Assembly (NCBI GenBank): GCA_049999805.1
Contig: JBNGIO010005973.1
Location: 66,877-130,876 of the forward strand
Source of the DNA: Folioceros fuciformis
Lineage: Eukaryota
Length of the DNA: 64,000 nucleotides
Direction: 5' to 3'
In this document: one piece after another, positions 24,695 through 36,307 of the stretch
Numbering within the stretch: position 1 is the first letter of the stretch
How the letters are laid out: the number at the start of each line of letters is the position of its first letter
Notes under the pieces: model-generated
What the model saw: only the letters and a program-made list of their open reading frames with translations
Told to the model about the DNA's origin: nothing
The model's database searches: none
Made by a program: the position numbers and the translations under genes

Positions 24695-25456
24695 TTACTC
24701 GTCTTCGTCCATGACTTGCTTCACCACCTTCACCTCCGGAATGTAGTGCATCAGCATATTCTCAATGCCCGACTTGAGGGTGACGCCCGAGCTGGGGCAG
24801 CCGCTGCAGGCGCCCTGCATCCTGAGGGTGACAGTCCCAGTGGCCGGGTCGAAGCCGCGGTACTCGATGTCCCCGCCGTCGTCGCGAATTGCCGGGCGGA
24901 TCCTTGTCTCCAGCAGCTCCTTTATCATGGCCACGGTTTCGGAGTCGGTGTCGAGGACGGTCGTGTCCGAGAGCCTCAGAGGCTGGGCGTTTGTGAAGAG
25001 GGGAAGCCCGCCGGTGTAGAACTCCATGATGACCGCGAAGATTTCCGGCTTCAGGATCTCCCAGGACTGCTCCTCGGACTTGGTGACCGTGACGAAGTCG
25101 GAGCCGAAGAAGACCCGAGTGATGCCCTCCACCCCGAAGAGGGCCTTGGCAAGAGGGGAAGCCATGGCGGAGCGGGCGTTTGGGAAGTCCGCGCTGCCAG
25201 TTTCCATCACAGGCTTGCCCGGGTAGAACATGAGGGAGGAAGGGTTCGGCGTGCTCTGCGTCTGGATGAAGATGCTCCTTCGCTGTTGCACTCCATGCTG
25301 GAAGGGTGGAGAAGATGGCCGGATGACGGGTTCGGCGACTGGCGGCAGGCCTCGTCGTCCTGCTACCTGCCACAGATCCCTGATATGATGCACAGGCATT
25401 GGCCTCCTTGGGCTCTTGGCGAGCAAGTGTCTCAGGCACCTCGAGGATGTGGCCAT
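24695..25456 (-). CDS. NFU4: Mitochondrial NifU-like Fe-S carrier (NFU4/5-like), intronless; alternative ATG at 25465
   Basis: Presequence, [60 protein letters not shown]. Confidence 0.93.
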   Translation of the reverse strand: MATSSRCLRHLLAKSPRRPMPVHHIRDLWQVAGRRGLPPVAEPVIRPSSPPFQHGVQQRRSIFIQTQSTPNPSSLMFYPGKPVMETGSADFPNARSAMASPLAKALFGVEGITRVFFGSDFVTVTKSEEQSWEILKPEIFAVIMEFYTGGLPLFTNAQPLRLSDTTVLDTDSETVAMIKELLETRIRPAIRDDGGDIEYRGFDPATGTVTLRMQGACSGCPSSGVTLKSGIENMLMHYIPEVKVVKQVMDEDE

Positions 25457-25531
25457 AGCTCGCATTTTAGGTCTTGTCCTTCTCCTTCGTCCAGGTGTGA
25501 AGCTGGGTACAACTTTTCCTAGAAATAACTA

Positions 25532-26175
25532 TAAGCGAAAGCAGGCAGATGGTTGCGCACACTGCTCCTTCACCCGGCAGGATGCTAGCTTGAAGTTGGG
25601 TATGATGGGAGCACACATCAGGGTCGCATTGCATTGCACTTCCTTGGTTGATGCGTGTTTATACACCAGCCCTGCCGCCTGTTGCATGAGCTTGAAGCAC
25701 CTCATCACAGCAAAGGGTTCCTTCTCTCTCTGATCTCAGGCTTGGGGTTACCGATGTAAGCGAAAGCAGGCAGATGGTTGCGCACACTGCTTATTTCACC
25801 CGGCAGGATGCTAGCTTGAAGTTGGGTATGATAGGAGCACACATCCGGATCGCATTGCATTGCACTTCCTTGGTTGATACGTGTTTATACACCAGCCCTG
25901 CCTGAGCTTGAAGCACCTCATCACAGCACAGGGTTCCTCCTCTCTGGTCTCAGGCTTGGCGTTACCGATGTAAGCGAAAGCAGTCAGACGGTTGCGTACA
26001 CTGCTTATTTCACCCGGCAGGATGCTAGCTTGAAGTTGGGTGTGATAGGAGCACACGTCCGGATCGCATTGCATTGCACTTCCTTGGTTGACACGTGTTT
26101 ATACACCAGCCCTGCCGCCTGTTGCATGAGCTTGAAGCACTGTTCCTCTTCTCTAGTCTCAGGCTTGGCGTTACC
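25532..26175. repeat. Three tandem ~215-225 bp direct repeats
   Basis: Units start TAAGCGAAAGCAG at 25532, 25757 and 25971 and are highly similar, with small indels. Confidence 0.9.
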
Positions 26176-26499
26176 AATATAATCCATACCAATATAATCC
26201 ATAAAGAGATACAGCTGCCCATTCTTTGCAAAGTTGCGAAGCAAAGTGCCTCACACGCTCTCCCGCCGCACAGAATGGCCTCAAGAATTCTACCACAAAT
26301 CATCCCACTACACGCTACATCGCACCATGAATGGCCTGCGCACTCTACTGTGCTACACTGATACTTCGCACCAACAGTGAAGTCTGGAAGATCGTAATGT
26401 ACACGAAGGTGGCAAAGGGAACGGATCAATCTGGGAGCTAAATCAGCGGGAGATTGCACCTGGACGAACGCTGGCATGGCAGAGCAGGTAGAGCGGCTC

Positions 26500-27513
26500 T
26501 CACAGCAACTGCTTCTCCTTCTTGGCCTTGAATCCCTCCACGCGCTGCCCTAACCACTCCTGAATGTCGTTCACAATGACAGCCACGTTCTCATCCGGCT
26601 CGCCTTGAAGCAGGCTATGGAGCATCCCTTCGTACACTTTCAGCGTCTTGTCCTTGCTCCCAGCGGCGGCGTACAGAGCCTTGCTCACAGCGGGATCCGT
26701 TACCACATCCGCGTCTCCATGGATCACCAGCATTGGCAAGCTCACATCCTGGAGCCTGGATCCCAGATAGTCCGTCACTCTGAGCAGCTCCGCCACCGTC
26801 CCGAGCCTCGGCTTCCCCGCGTACCTCCTGGGATTGCACTTGGCCAGCAGCTTCTTTCTGGGGTCCTTCACGGACTTGTCCACCAGATCTGCCGTGGGCA
26901 CCACGGCCCAGGTGGGCGCGAACTGCGCGATGGCCTTCAGCACTGCTGCGATAGGCCATGCCGGCTTCACGTTGTCCGAAATCTTGCACATGGCAGCCAC
27001 CAGAATCGCGCCATCCCAGCCATCAGGCTCCGCGAAGTGCACCAGCAAACAAATAGCTCCTCCTAGAGACTCCCCGTACAGGAAGGCTGGGAGGTGGCGG
27101 AACTCCTCCTTCTCACGCACGGTACGGAAGAATTCGGAGCAATCGGACGCTACGGCGTCCAGGTCCGGGGTGAATGCCCGCATTCCGTCGGATTTCCCGT
27201 GCCCCTCCAGATCCAGAGCTGCTGCCGCGTACCCCATTTTCGCAAACATCATCGCCGTGTTCTGGAACGTCCAGCTGGTGTCGTTCCCGTACCCGTGCAC
27301 CATGCACACCAGAGCTTCCGGCTCGGACTCTAGCGGAATCCATAGCTGCGTGAAGAGCCTGCTTCCGCGGGCATTCGTGAAGAGATTCCTGCTGTTGCGT
27401 ACTCCCTGCTGCCTGTAATGTTCCTCCTCCGGTGTGTCTCCCCACGGGAAGGGCGGGGGCTGGAAGACGTCGCCTGGCTGCTGTTGGCTTTTCTTTTCCC
27501 CTGCACCCGCCAT
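26500..27513 (-). CDS. Alpha/beta hydrolase, monoacylglycerol lipase (MAGL)/caffeoyl-shikimate-esterase family, intronless
   Basis: HGYGND, LEGHGKSDG, nucleophile GESLGG, HGDADVVTDP, YEGMLHSL. Probable ATG 27513; the ORF extends to 27645. Confidence 0.9.
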   Translation of the reverse strand: MAGAGEKKSQQQPGDVFQPPPFPWGDTPEEEHYRQQGVRNSRNLFTNARGSRLFTQLWIPLESEPEALVCMVHGYGNDTSWTFQNTAMMFAKMGYAAAALDLEGHGKSDGMRAFTPDLDAVASDCSEFFRTVREKEEFRHLPAFLYGESLGGAICLLVHFAEPDGWDGAILVAAMCKISDNVKPAWPIAAVLKAIAQFAPTWAVVPTADLVDKSVKDPRKKLLAKCNPRRYAGKPRLGTVAELLRVTDYLGSRLQDVSLPMLVIHGDADVVTDPAVSKALYAAAGSKDKTLKVYEGMLHSLLQGEPDENVAVIVNDIQEWLGQRVEGFKAKKEKQLL

Positions 27514-27724
27514 AGCCTGGGCTGCGTGCGCGCGCTTGCAGCTCACCAAGACATGGACTCCGCTAATCCTGGATGCCAGGACGCCTGCAAGCCCCAGCCC
27601 CGACCAATGCGATGCTGCGATAGCTTGCATCGCCCAGCTTACCATAAAGGCGTGGCACGAAACCTAACATGCATTCGGCCAAATTGGTAGCCGTGAGCTC
27701 AAATTTGGGCGAGAGGGAAGGCAG

Positions 27725-30163
27725 ATGGTGAAGCCGCAGCTGATGCCCACGCCCGGGCAGCCGCTGGGGCAGGGCGTGATGGAGCTACTGGAGCAGCTGG
27801 AGCGGTACTGCTTGGGGCCGGATTTGTCTATGAAGTCTACATACAACGACCTTCTGCTGGTGGGTTTCGTGGTGTGGGGGATTGTGGAGAAGTGGAGGAA
27901 GTGGATGATGGTGTAGTGGATGGTGGATGGTAGATGATGGATGATCCATGTGCAGGCGAGGGAGGAGATGGCGAAGGAGAGGTTGCGGTACTTGGAGGTC
28001 ATGGTGAGTGGTGGATGGGTGGCGTGGTAGCTTGGTTTCTACCGAGCTGGGTGGTGAGGAATTGTGGCGTTCTTGTGTCTGCAGTCTCTGTACAGTGAGG
28101 CTGTTGCGGTTGTTGAGGAGTACCAGCAGGCTCTGTCTCTGGCCAATGCTGGGGGAATGCGGGATCTGCAGGGGCTGTTTGCGCAGCTAGGTCTTCGTTG
28201 CTCGCCTCAGGTAAAATTTGTGGTATACTTGGGATGTATTTCGTGATGGGTGTTTGTTGATTGAGTGACTTGCCTCTGAACATGATTTCATGCGCTTCAG
28301 GTCTATGAGGCTTTGGAAGTGCGACTTGCAGTTGCTGAGTCTTCCCAGCGGTTGAGACTGCCACTAATTTCTAAGGATGGTGACATTCCAGATGAAGACA
28401 CAGAGAAGTGGGCTCATGTTTCGCGATGCTCTTTTGACAGCATCAACACGATGGTGAGCCTGAGCTCGAGCACTGGTACGAGCAATAGCGGACATCCAAG
28501 TTCGGGAGTCAGTGGGATGAATGCCAGTTCGGTGTATGCCGCGTCTGGTGCTACTGGAAGCGGCAGCTCTGATACTTGTGAGAATGGCATTGGAGGGGTG
28601 ATGAACTGTTTCCTTGGAGTGACCCCTGGCTGGTTGAAGAAGACTCATCTTTGCACGGCTCCACTTGCTGAGGTGTGTCTTGGTGTGGAGCCATCCTTGC
28701 TGCATTGACAGATCCACTCTATACATTGTTCGGGTCTTGTCACATGTTGGGATAATCTTGGCAGGATGCAGCAGGCTATCAGCTGGCCCTGATTCCTGAG
28801 ATCGAAGCCCGAATGGAAGCAAAGCATGACAAAATCGTGGCCGCATTCAACGCTGGAGAAATTGGTTAGTATGGTTCCTACCGGCTTTGAAGAAGTTGCG
28901 CATTAGAGTGTGGTTAGGTAACTTGCTTTTTCCATCATGATGCACCTCTGCAGACGAGGGAAGTCCTCTTCGCATAAAGACTGCCAGGCTTCCTGTAAGG
29001 TCTGTCTGGTTTTTCCTGCATCCTCTTCTCATGGTGTGCATTAATTGGTCTGCATATCGTGGATTTTGACTGATTCAAAAATGTGCGAACCTGGCCCACT
29101 CTCGTTTCAGGATAAAGAGTGCTGTGGAGAAGAATGAGCGGGAAGAAGCAGCTTGGCTTGAGGATCTATATGCAGCCGATCGCCAGTTCGTTGAATATCA
29201 TAATGTATGGATGGAGTTTTTCCTGGAGCACTACTGAAGGTCAGCAGCACTCCATGTTATCGTTGCAGATTCTCAGTTTTAAACGTGGCCTTCCTGTCCT
29301 AACAGGTACTTGAACAAATCTTCGGTGTTCTTCACAAGCTTGTGAAAGACTTCAAGCTGGGCAACCAGCATCAATATGTGAGTCTCACGCTTGTTTGCCT
29401 CCTGTTAGCTGTAATTTTCTCCATGAAACATACAGGTAAGCTCGGCAGTTGACTCCAGTTTTTTGTGGGTCCAGGATGGAATGAGGAAGGAGTGGCTCAT
29501 CAAGAGATGCCAAACCATGAGCACAAAGCTCAGGTGTCTGTCCTCTCCAGTTACAGACGTGGTCCTCATACTGAACGAAAGACATTTCTGACTTCTTCAT
29601 GATGCTATGCAGTGTGCTTGAGCATCTGCTACTACGGGATACTTACACGCAGGAGTCGGTGCCGGCGCTCTTCAAAATACAGTCAGGGTTTTTGTTTCAG
29701 CAAGCCATGTTTGTGATTCCAACCTAGCGCACCAGCTTGTCTGATATGCTTAACACATCCAGGGGCTACCTTGTGGAAGCTGTCGAGGAAGCAACTGCCG
29801 CCTACAACCGAGCTGTGAGTAATCCGTTGAGTGACCCGCATCCTCCTGCTGTGCTATGACTTCGTAAATCTCCCTGATCGACAAGATGTGCTTCATGAGC
29901 AGGTTACCAGGCTGCGAGAATACCAGGGAGTCGACCGCCACTTTGATGACATCGCTCAACGCTACCATGATATTGTGAAGGTCAGATTTCGCAGCTTCCA
30001 CAAACGCAGCTCACATTCTTGCAACTTTCTCTGTTCCCGCCGTTTTGTAGCCAGGCCGCCTTTTGTTGACGCGGTTTCCTCGGCACAACAGAAGCTGGAA
30101 GGCATCCAGTGGACAATTCGTCAAGTGGAGATGGATTTAAATCAATCGCAAGAGTCATCTTAG
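27725..30163 (+). CDS. AUG4: Augmin subunit 4 (HAUS4), multi-exon
   Basis: LEQLERYCL.PD, AREEMAKERLRYLE, VVEEYQQA, QRLRLPLISKDG, FLGVTP, LREYQGVDRHFDDIAQRYHDIVK, KLEGIQWTIRQVEMDL. Confidence 0.88.
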
Positions 30164-30731
30164 GCTGGCTATTAGGGGATCCAATTAGGTCGGAACGGAA
30201 AACCTAATGAGTTTCTTAGCTTTTGTGGAAGTCGTGCAACCTCGATTTGGGGTTTTAAGAGGCACAGTCCATGGCACATCTCGACTGCCGCTCAGCCCCG
30301 CGGACTCCTCGGCTGCGCTCCTCGCCTCCACGCCCCTCGCTGAAGATTTGTCGTGATGTGGTTTCCGTGATCTGCCGCTGTTTTACTAGCCGTCTTATGT
30401 TCCAGCTAATTCGTGGAATTCAACCATACCCGGTGTGATCTGCTCTGGGATTTTCACTAGCGCTATGCCGTTACAGTTCTGGGCGCGTCGTGTCTGATTC
30501 TACCTCCTCCTGCTCTTCCAACAGTACCAACTATTGTGAGTCTCGATTTGAGCCCGATGCTGCAGAGCGGTTTGCGACTTGTTTGAGGTGCGAGAGGCGG
30601 TTCGCTTTAATTTGTACACCTCACTTTTGATGGGATCCTGGAACCGAATTGAAGCAAAAGCAAAGTCTGTGTTGTGGAGGTGACGTAGCCTTTGCCTTCG
30701 CAGGATTAGGGGAAGCGAGCTTGGATTCGGA

Positions 30732-32033
30732 ATGTCGGGTGAAAAGGGAGGATTGTCGAGAAAGAGGTTGGCGACTCGGCAGCTCAGAAGAGAGGATTCA
30801 TCCGAAGATTCGGATGTGGAAGATGGACCAACGCAGGCTACTTTTCGCAGAGCAAGCGATGAAGTGTTAGCCACCCGAAGGATTATCAAACTGTGTCGTA
30901 AGGGGACAGCTTTTCCAGGGGCAAATCCCTTCCGCGCTGCACGCTTGGTGGCACCTGCCTCGTCCCAGGAGGCGGAAATTCTGCCTCTAAGCTCCGACAG
31001 CAGCAAGGATGGAGCGGAAGGATGGAGCAGTCAGGGGGCCCGGATTTTGGGTAGCAGCTCGTCTGAGATGTCAGATGCTAAGAGTCGGCCGCGGGTGGTT
31101 GCTGAAGCCGAGAGGAGTTCTGGGAGTGTGGGCCCTGTTAGAGCAGCACTCAAATCCGACAGTGTAGGGAACGGGCAGGACGCGTCCAAGCCAGAGAGTG
31201 CCATTTCCGAGGGATCAGTGGATGGGATTCAGGGTGAGACAAAACAGTCACCGGTTGCAGAGAAGAACGGGGAAGATGCAGACCCTCAGGCCCTACCTCC
31301 TCGCCGGGTTAATTCTGGCCACAGCGCATCTGGCGTCGGCGGGACCTGTGATTTCATTACGCCCAACACTCCACTTTGCGGGTTTGCGTCCTTCAGCTCC
31401 TCTGTTCGGCCAGCATTTTCTTCGACGAACAATATGTTTGGGATATCGGGTGCAGGAGCTCTGCCGGGCTTTGACACGCCGTCTTTTGAACCTGTGTTTG
31501 GAAGACTCCGGCAGTCCAGCTTCGAGTCTGCTACTGGATTGTCATCCTCTGCACCAACTGACACCAATGGCCCAAGCATTGTCTCTCTTCAGGTAATACA
31601 TGTAGAAACAGGAGAAGAGAAGGAGGCAACCGTCTTCACAGCCGATGCAACGTTGTTCGAATACATCAACAACGCGTGGAAGGAACGGGGCAGAGGTGAA
31701 GTCAAGTTGAATGTTTCCCAAGAAAAAGCCTGTAAGCCAAGACTTGTCATGCGCTCCAAGGGAAATCTGCGTCTCCTGCTCAATGCAAGCCTATTTCCGG
31801 ACATGAAGGTGTCCAAAATGGACAACCGAGGCGTCAGCTTTGCATGTGCCAACAGTGCAGCTGAAAGCAAAACAGGACTTGCTATGTATGGATTGAGGCT
31901 TAAAGATGCCTCGGTGGCTCTGGAGTTCTTGGCCCTAGTTGATTCTCATAAGGGAGACTGCCTGGTGGAAAACACGGATTCTGAGAGTCCTAGAGAAAGT
32001 AGAGACGAAACAACAGAAACACGGGCACAGTGA
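30732..32033 (+). CDS. NUP50: Nucleoporin NUP50-like with C-terminal RanBP1 domain, intronless
   Basis: N-terminal KRLATRQL...TFRRASDEVLATRRIIK; C-terminal VETGEEKE...WKERGRGEVKLN...RLVMRSKGNLRLLLNASLFPDM. Confidence 0.88.
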   Translation: MSGEKGGLSRKRLATRQLRREDSSEDSDVEDGPTQATFRRASDEVLATRRIIKLCRKGTAFPGANPFRAARLVAPASSQEAEILPLSSDSSKDGAEGWSSQGARILGSSSSEMSDAKSRPRVVAEAERSSGSVGPVRAALKSDSVGNGQDASKPESAISEGSVDGIQGETKQSPVAEKNGEDADPQALPPRRVNSGHSASGVGGTCDFITPNTPLCGFASFSSSVRPAFSSTNNMFGISGAGALPGFDTPSFEPVFGRLRQSSFESATGLSSSAPTDTNGPSIVSLQVIHVETGEEKEATVFTADATLFEYINNAWKERGRGEVKLNVSQEKACKPRLVMRSKGNLRLLLNASLFPDMKVSKMDNRGVSFACANSAAESKTGLAMYGLRLKDASVALEFLALVDSHKGDCLVENTDSESPRESRDETTETRAQ

Positions 32034-32158
32034 ACGCCAACGAGAAATTTTCCAAGTGTTGCACGGTCCCTTTTATTTTCCCCTCCTATGAACATCTTAG
32101 GAATCACTAATGTTTTTTTCTCGCTTTAGTCTTGAGAGGATACTGTAAACATGCTAGT

Positions 32159-32338
32159 TTGTGATGTAAAGTGTAAGATCAAAGGAGCATGTAAGATGAT
32201 GCTCTTTGTGATATAAAGTGTAAGATCAAAGGAGCATGTAAGATGCTCTTTGAGATGTAAAGTGTAAGATCAAAGGAGCATGTAAGATGTTCTTTGAGAT
32301 GTAAAGTGTAAGATCAAAGGAGCATGTAAGACGCTCTC
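32159..32338. repeat. Four tandem ~44-bp repeats, each with an internal inverted repeat
   Basis: Unit GATGTAAAGTGTAAGATCAAAGGAGCATGTAAGATGCTCTTTG occurs four times. Confidence 0.9.
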
Positions 32339-32530
32339 GTCCACACTGGAATGCAGGTTCATGAAGGAAAAGACGAAAACACAAACGAAAAGAGGAGTTC
32401 ACCTCTTCACGTCACCTACCAAATTGTGTTGGACTTGGATACCTGCTCACAGAAACCCGTGGCAGCCACCATCCGATATCCAGGCAAGAGACAAAACCTC
32501 ACTGAAAACATGTGTTTAACGGACGCTTCC

Positions 32531-33385
32531 TCACGGTGCTGACTGGGGCTTCTTGAAGTCTATCTTGTCTACCTTCACCTCCCCATCAACCAGCTCATAG
32601 ACGTATACTACAACTCGCATACCATCGATGTCCATCAACACAAAGCTAGGGTTGACGTCATACGTGATGCTGCTGTAGGCACCTGTGGCAGAGCCAGGGT
32701 TAATGATGACGCCTCCTTCATGTTTGTATGCTTTGAATTGGTGAGTATGTCCTGTGATCAGGATGTCCACGTCCAGCTGTCGCTGGAGCATCGCCAGGGA
32801 ATCTAGATCCCCCCAAGGAACAACCTAGCCAAATTCCCCCGTCACAAATCATGTAACCAAGTCAACGACTACAACTTGCATAGCTTTGTGAAACACCGAC
32901 CCAAGAATCGTCTCACCAATTAAAGGCTCAAAAACAGGAAACTACCTGATGGCCATGGCAGATTCCAAGCTTGAAAGCACCAATCGACAAGAGCTTAGTC
33001 TCAGGATAGCGAGTATCATCGTCATACTCTCCCCGAGTGACATGCACGTCTGCACACAGGCTTTTCAGGTAGTCATGTACCTCCTGCCAACGAAAATGGG
33101 ATCAACGACTTCAGAACCACGCAAGTTCAAGCCCTTAACGTGCAAGAAGTGAAATCATTTCCAGCTGAGCGACAGACACACATATCCAAGGAAAGCTCAC
33201 ATGCCGCTATGCCATGAAATTGCACGAGCCCCGCATCGAGAGGAGAGACAAACCTTGATACACAAATTTCCAGGGCTGAGTATGTGCTGAATTTTCCCAG
33301 GAACCAGCATAGACTTAAACTTTGCAGGTAGATCCGCTGCCCTATGCGGTATGTGCATATCGCCCATGGCTAAAACGAGCACCAT
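32531..33385 (-). CDS. VPS29: Retromer subunit VPS29, 3 coding exons
   Basis: [79 protein letters not shown]. Confidence 0.96.
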
Positions 33386-33875
33386 GGCCGATGGTAGACA
33401 ATGCGCTGCTGTTGTTTGGATGGCCTCCCGAAGCTCTCATACTCCAAAAGGTGTCAGAACTCGCACCACCATCAGCTGAACACAAGCTACAAGTAAAACA
33501 GCAAGTAACAACGGCCTCAGCTGAAGAAGCCTTCTCAAGACTCATCTCCATCACAACCAAGCCCACAGCCACCATATAGAGAAAAAAATAATAAAAACCG
33601 CGCTTTCCAGCAAGCGAGAGTTTGCACGGTCCGATTTCACCTGCATGAATTCAAAGACGACCGATCCAAGACAAAGCAGATCTTGCTGCTATCCCTCCTG
33701 CAAAAAAATTCTCGATCAGCGCTGCGGACATCGCCAAACCTCGGCTATGGCACATCTCTTTAAAAGAAACGAAGGCAACGAATACGAGTTTGGGCAAACT
33801 AAAGAATCCACTCGAAAGGGAAAACCTCTACAGTTTCTTATAAGGCGAAGGCCCTCCAAAGAACTTCCTTGATCC

Positions 33876-34732
33876 ATGGGTGACAAAGAGACGGACGCGG
33901 CCTTGATCGAATTCCTGTCTCAGCTGGGCGAGTACACTCCGACGGTGCTCACTTCTCTGTTCCTCCGTGGTGTTGTTTTCTTCAAGGTATCGCTGTTTTC
34001 GCCAGGGAGCTGTCTCGTCTCATCGGTTCTCTCTTCTGTCGGCTTGGGTTTCGCTTTCCAGATCCCTGACGAGCTGGCCGAGCACTACCTGGCCAGGAGC
34101 GGCTTCAACTGTCCCGACATCCGAGTGTATGTTGTGAATTTTCTGGCTCAAGTCTGTTGCGTTGTTGAACGGGGAGGAAGGGCTAGGGTTTTTGGAGCTG
34201 GTTGAGACTAACTGAGCTGCGGACTGGTGTTGCAGAACAAGATTGGTGTCTGTTGCTGCACAGAAATTCATCGGCGAGGTAGCGAGTGATGCCATGCAGT
34301 AAGGGGGTCTTGATGAGGTGGTGAGTTGTGGTTCTCCAGCTCTGGAAGTAGGTCTCATCTGCTGACACTTCATATGCAGGTACTGTAAAATCAGGCAATC
34401 TGGTCCAGGCAAAGACAAGAAAGCTCAACCTGGCAAGGTGTGCATGGCCCCCATGCGATTTCTGGTGACGTTGCATCGCTCTACGTTCCCGTCTACAACG
34501 TGTTTGTCTTTGGATTGTGAGCAGGAAAAACGGCTTGTCCTAACTTCCGAGGATCTTGCAGCAGCCTTGGCAGAGGTAGGCCCTGTACATAATTTCGCTT
34601 CTGTGGGCTGGACATCGGCTTATGTGTTTGGTTGTGGAACAGTATGGAGTCAACTTGAAAAGGAGAGACTCTTTCGCAGACGCACCAGTAACAGCACCAG
34701 GGACGTCCTCCAAGGAAAAGTTTGGAGAGTAG
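33876..34732 (+). CDS. TAF10: TBP-associated factor 10, 6 exons
   Basis: EFLSQLGEYTPT|IPDELAEHYLARSGFNCPDIRV|TRLVSVAAQKFIGEVASDAMQ|YCKIRQ...|EKRLVLTSEDLAAALAE|YGVNLK. Confidence 0.92.
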
Positions 34733-34754
34733 ATGGTTTAGATGGATGAGAAAA

Positions 34755-36307
34755 TTACAGCGAGAAAGGCGGCACCACAAGGTTCTCCTTGTTTTTGTAG
34801 TATTCCTCTCCGCCATGTATAGTGACAGGAGCAGGGTACTTTTGAAGCAAAAGCTCTCGCTGCTCTGGGTCTGTCACAGACAGTAAGTCCTTGCTAACAT
34901 CTCGGATCAGGTCAGCCATCTCCACACTATCCGTCCACCTCTTGGGAATAGCAGCTTCTCCATACAAAGCTCCCATGATATTTCCGACTATAGCCCCTGT
35001 GCTGTCAGAATCGCCACCGTGATTTACAGAGAAACACATTGCATTTTCAACATCTTCCCCGCAGATGAGGGCACAATAAAGAGCTATTCCTAGAGCTTCT
35101 TCACCCACGAAACCTCGTCCCAGCTGCTCGATGTGCCTCAAGGCAAGATCCTGCTTACTAGAGCAAGTGGCCATGTCTTTCCTGAAATGTGCTGCAAGCT
35201 TCTGAGCCTCCTGCACTTGGAACAAAGTCTCGTCATTGTCTGGCTCCTTCTCTAACAATGGCGTGGTTTTGTCTATGCCTTTTTGAAGGGAATCACCTGA
35301 ATGTGACACTCCTTACGTATCAGTAACTGAGACGGCTGGCATCTTGCTACCTTCCAAGTCCAGCAGAATGAACAGCTCTCAAGATTTACCTGACAAAATC
35401 CTGCTCAGCACAGCTGCTTGGTAGCCGGATGAAAGCCAACCAGATGGATGCGTGTGGGTGATCACAGCGGACACGCAGCCTAGCTTGAAAGCGAGCTCAG
35501 CTTGCTCATCAGGAGAAAGGAAGGGGAATGCACTGTGTAAAATAAGCGCGCATGGAGCAACTCGCATTATTCCACCACAGCCTGTGATCGCACGCTAAAC
35601 TTGTTTAGAACCAATTTCTTGGGGGGCCTGAAAAACGCCAGGTGCACGGGAAGTACCTACCTTTGCTGTCATTTATCTTGTTGTCGTAGTTCCCTACTGC
35701 TCCAGACCTAAGACTCATCCGGCATGTCATCCCCGGGCCTCTTCGTCTCCACAGTCCTTGTTGCTTAACTAGCATCCCTTGGTCCTTGATTTGAGCGAAG
35801 AGAGGACTTCGAGATGATTCCCCCTGAGTGGCCAGCCATCTGCACAAGCCAACGGAGTCAAAACTAGGATCAGATATCCAACACCAGAGCAGGAATCCGA
35901 AACGTGGGAGTGTTGTCAGCAGCCACCTTAGATAGGCTTGGTGCAGACCCGGCACAGCATGTTCGGCTTCCATGGTTCTCAGGTCCACATTCCTTGAAAG
36001 GAAAGATAGGACAGTCGACTGAAGCCCTTCGGCGGTAAACAAGGTCATCTGCGTGTCGTCTGTGATACCTTCTCTAACACCTATGTCCCTGACTCCTGCA
36101 GGAAGCCCAAATTCATTGACCGGACACCTGAAATTCAGGATCGCAGCACTGCACCGATGGGAGCGACACCAACTCACCCAACGGACCGTAGTCACGAAAA
36201 ATGACTGGAGCGGACAGGAACTCTACCGCAGCTCCCAGGGCATCACCACAAGCCCCCGCCAACAAGCAGCCCACAAATCGATCCCCCACGGTTAGACTGG
36301 CCGCCAT
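34755..36307 (-). CDS. ADP-ribosylglycohydrolase (DraG/ARH family), 5 exons
   Basis: [85 protein letters not shown]. Four in-phase GT-AG introns. Confidence 0.9.

Noticed and set aside
25610-25710. C/D-box snoRNA-like signals (GTGATGA...CTGA) in the first 220-bp repeat
   Set aside because: The D box is not conserved in the other copies and no rRNA guide complementarity was recognised.
26500-27513. Calling the hydrolase a true caffeoyl shikimate esterase (lignin pathway)
   Set aside because: Motifs HGYGND..WTFQ, MCKISD and KPRLGTV look closer to the MAGL1-like sister clade; a phylogeny is needed.
32159-32338. CRISPR-like appearance of palindromic repeats
   Set aside because: No unique spacers, no cas genes, and a eukaryotic context.
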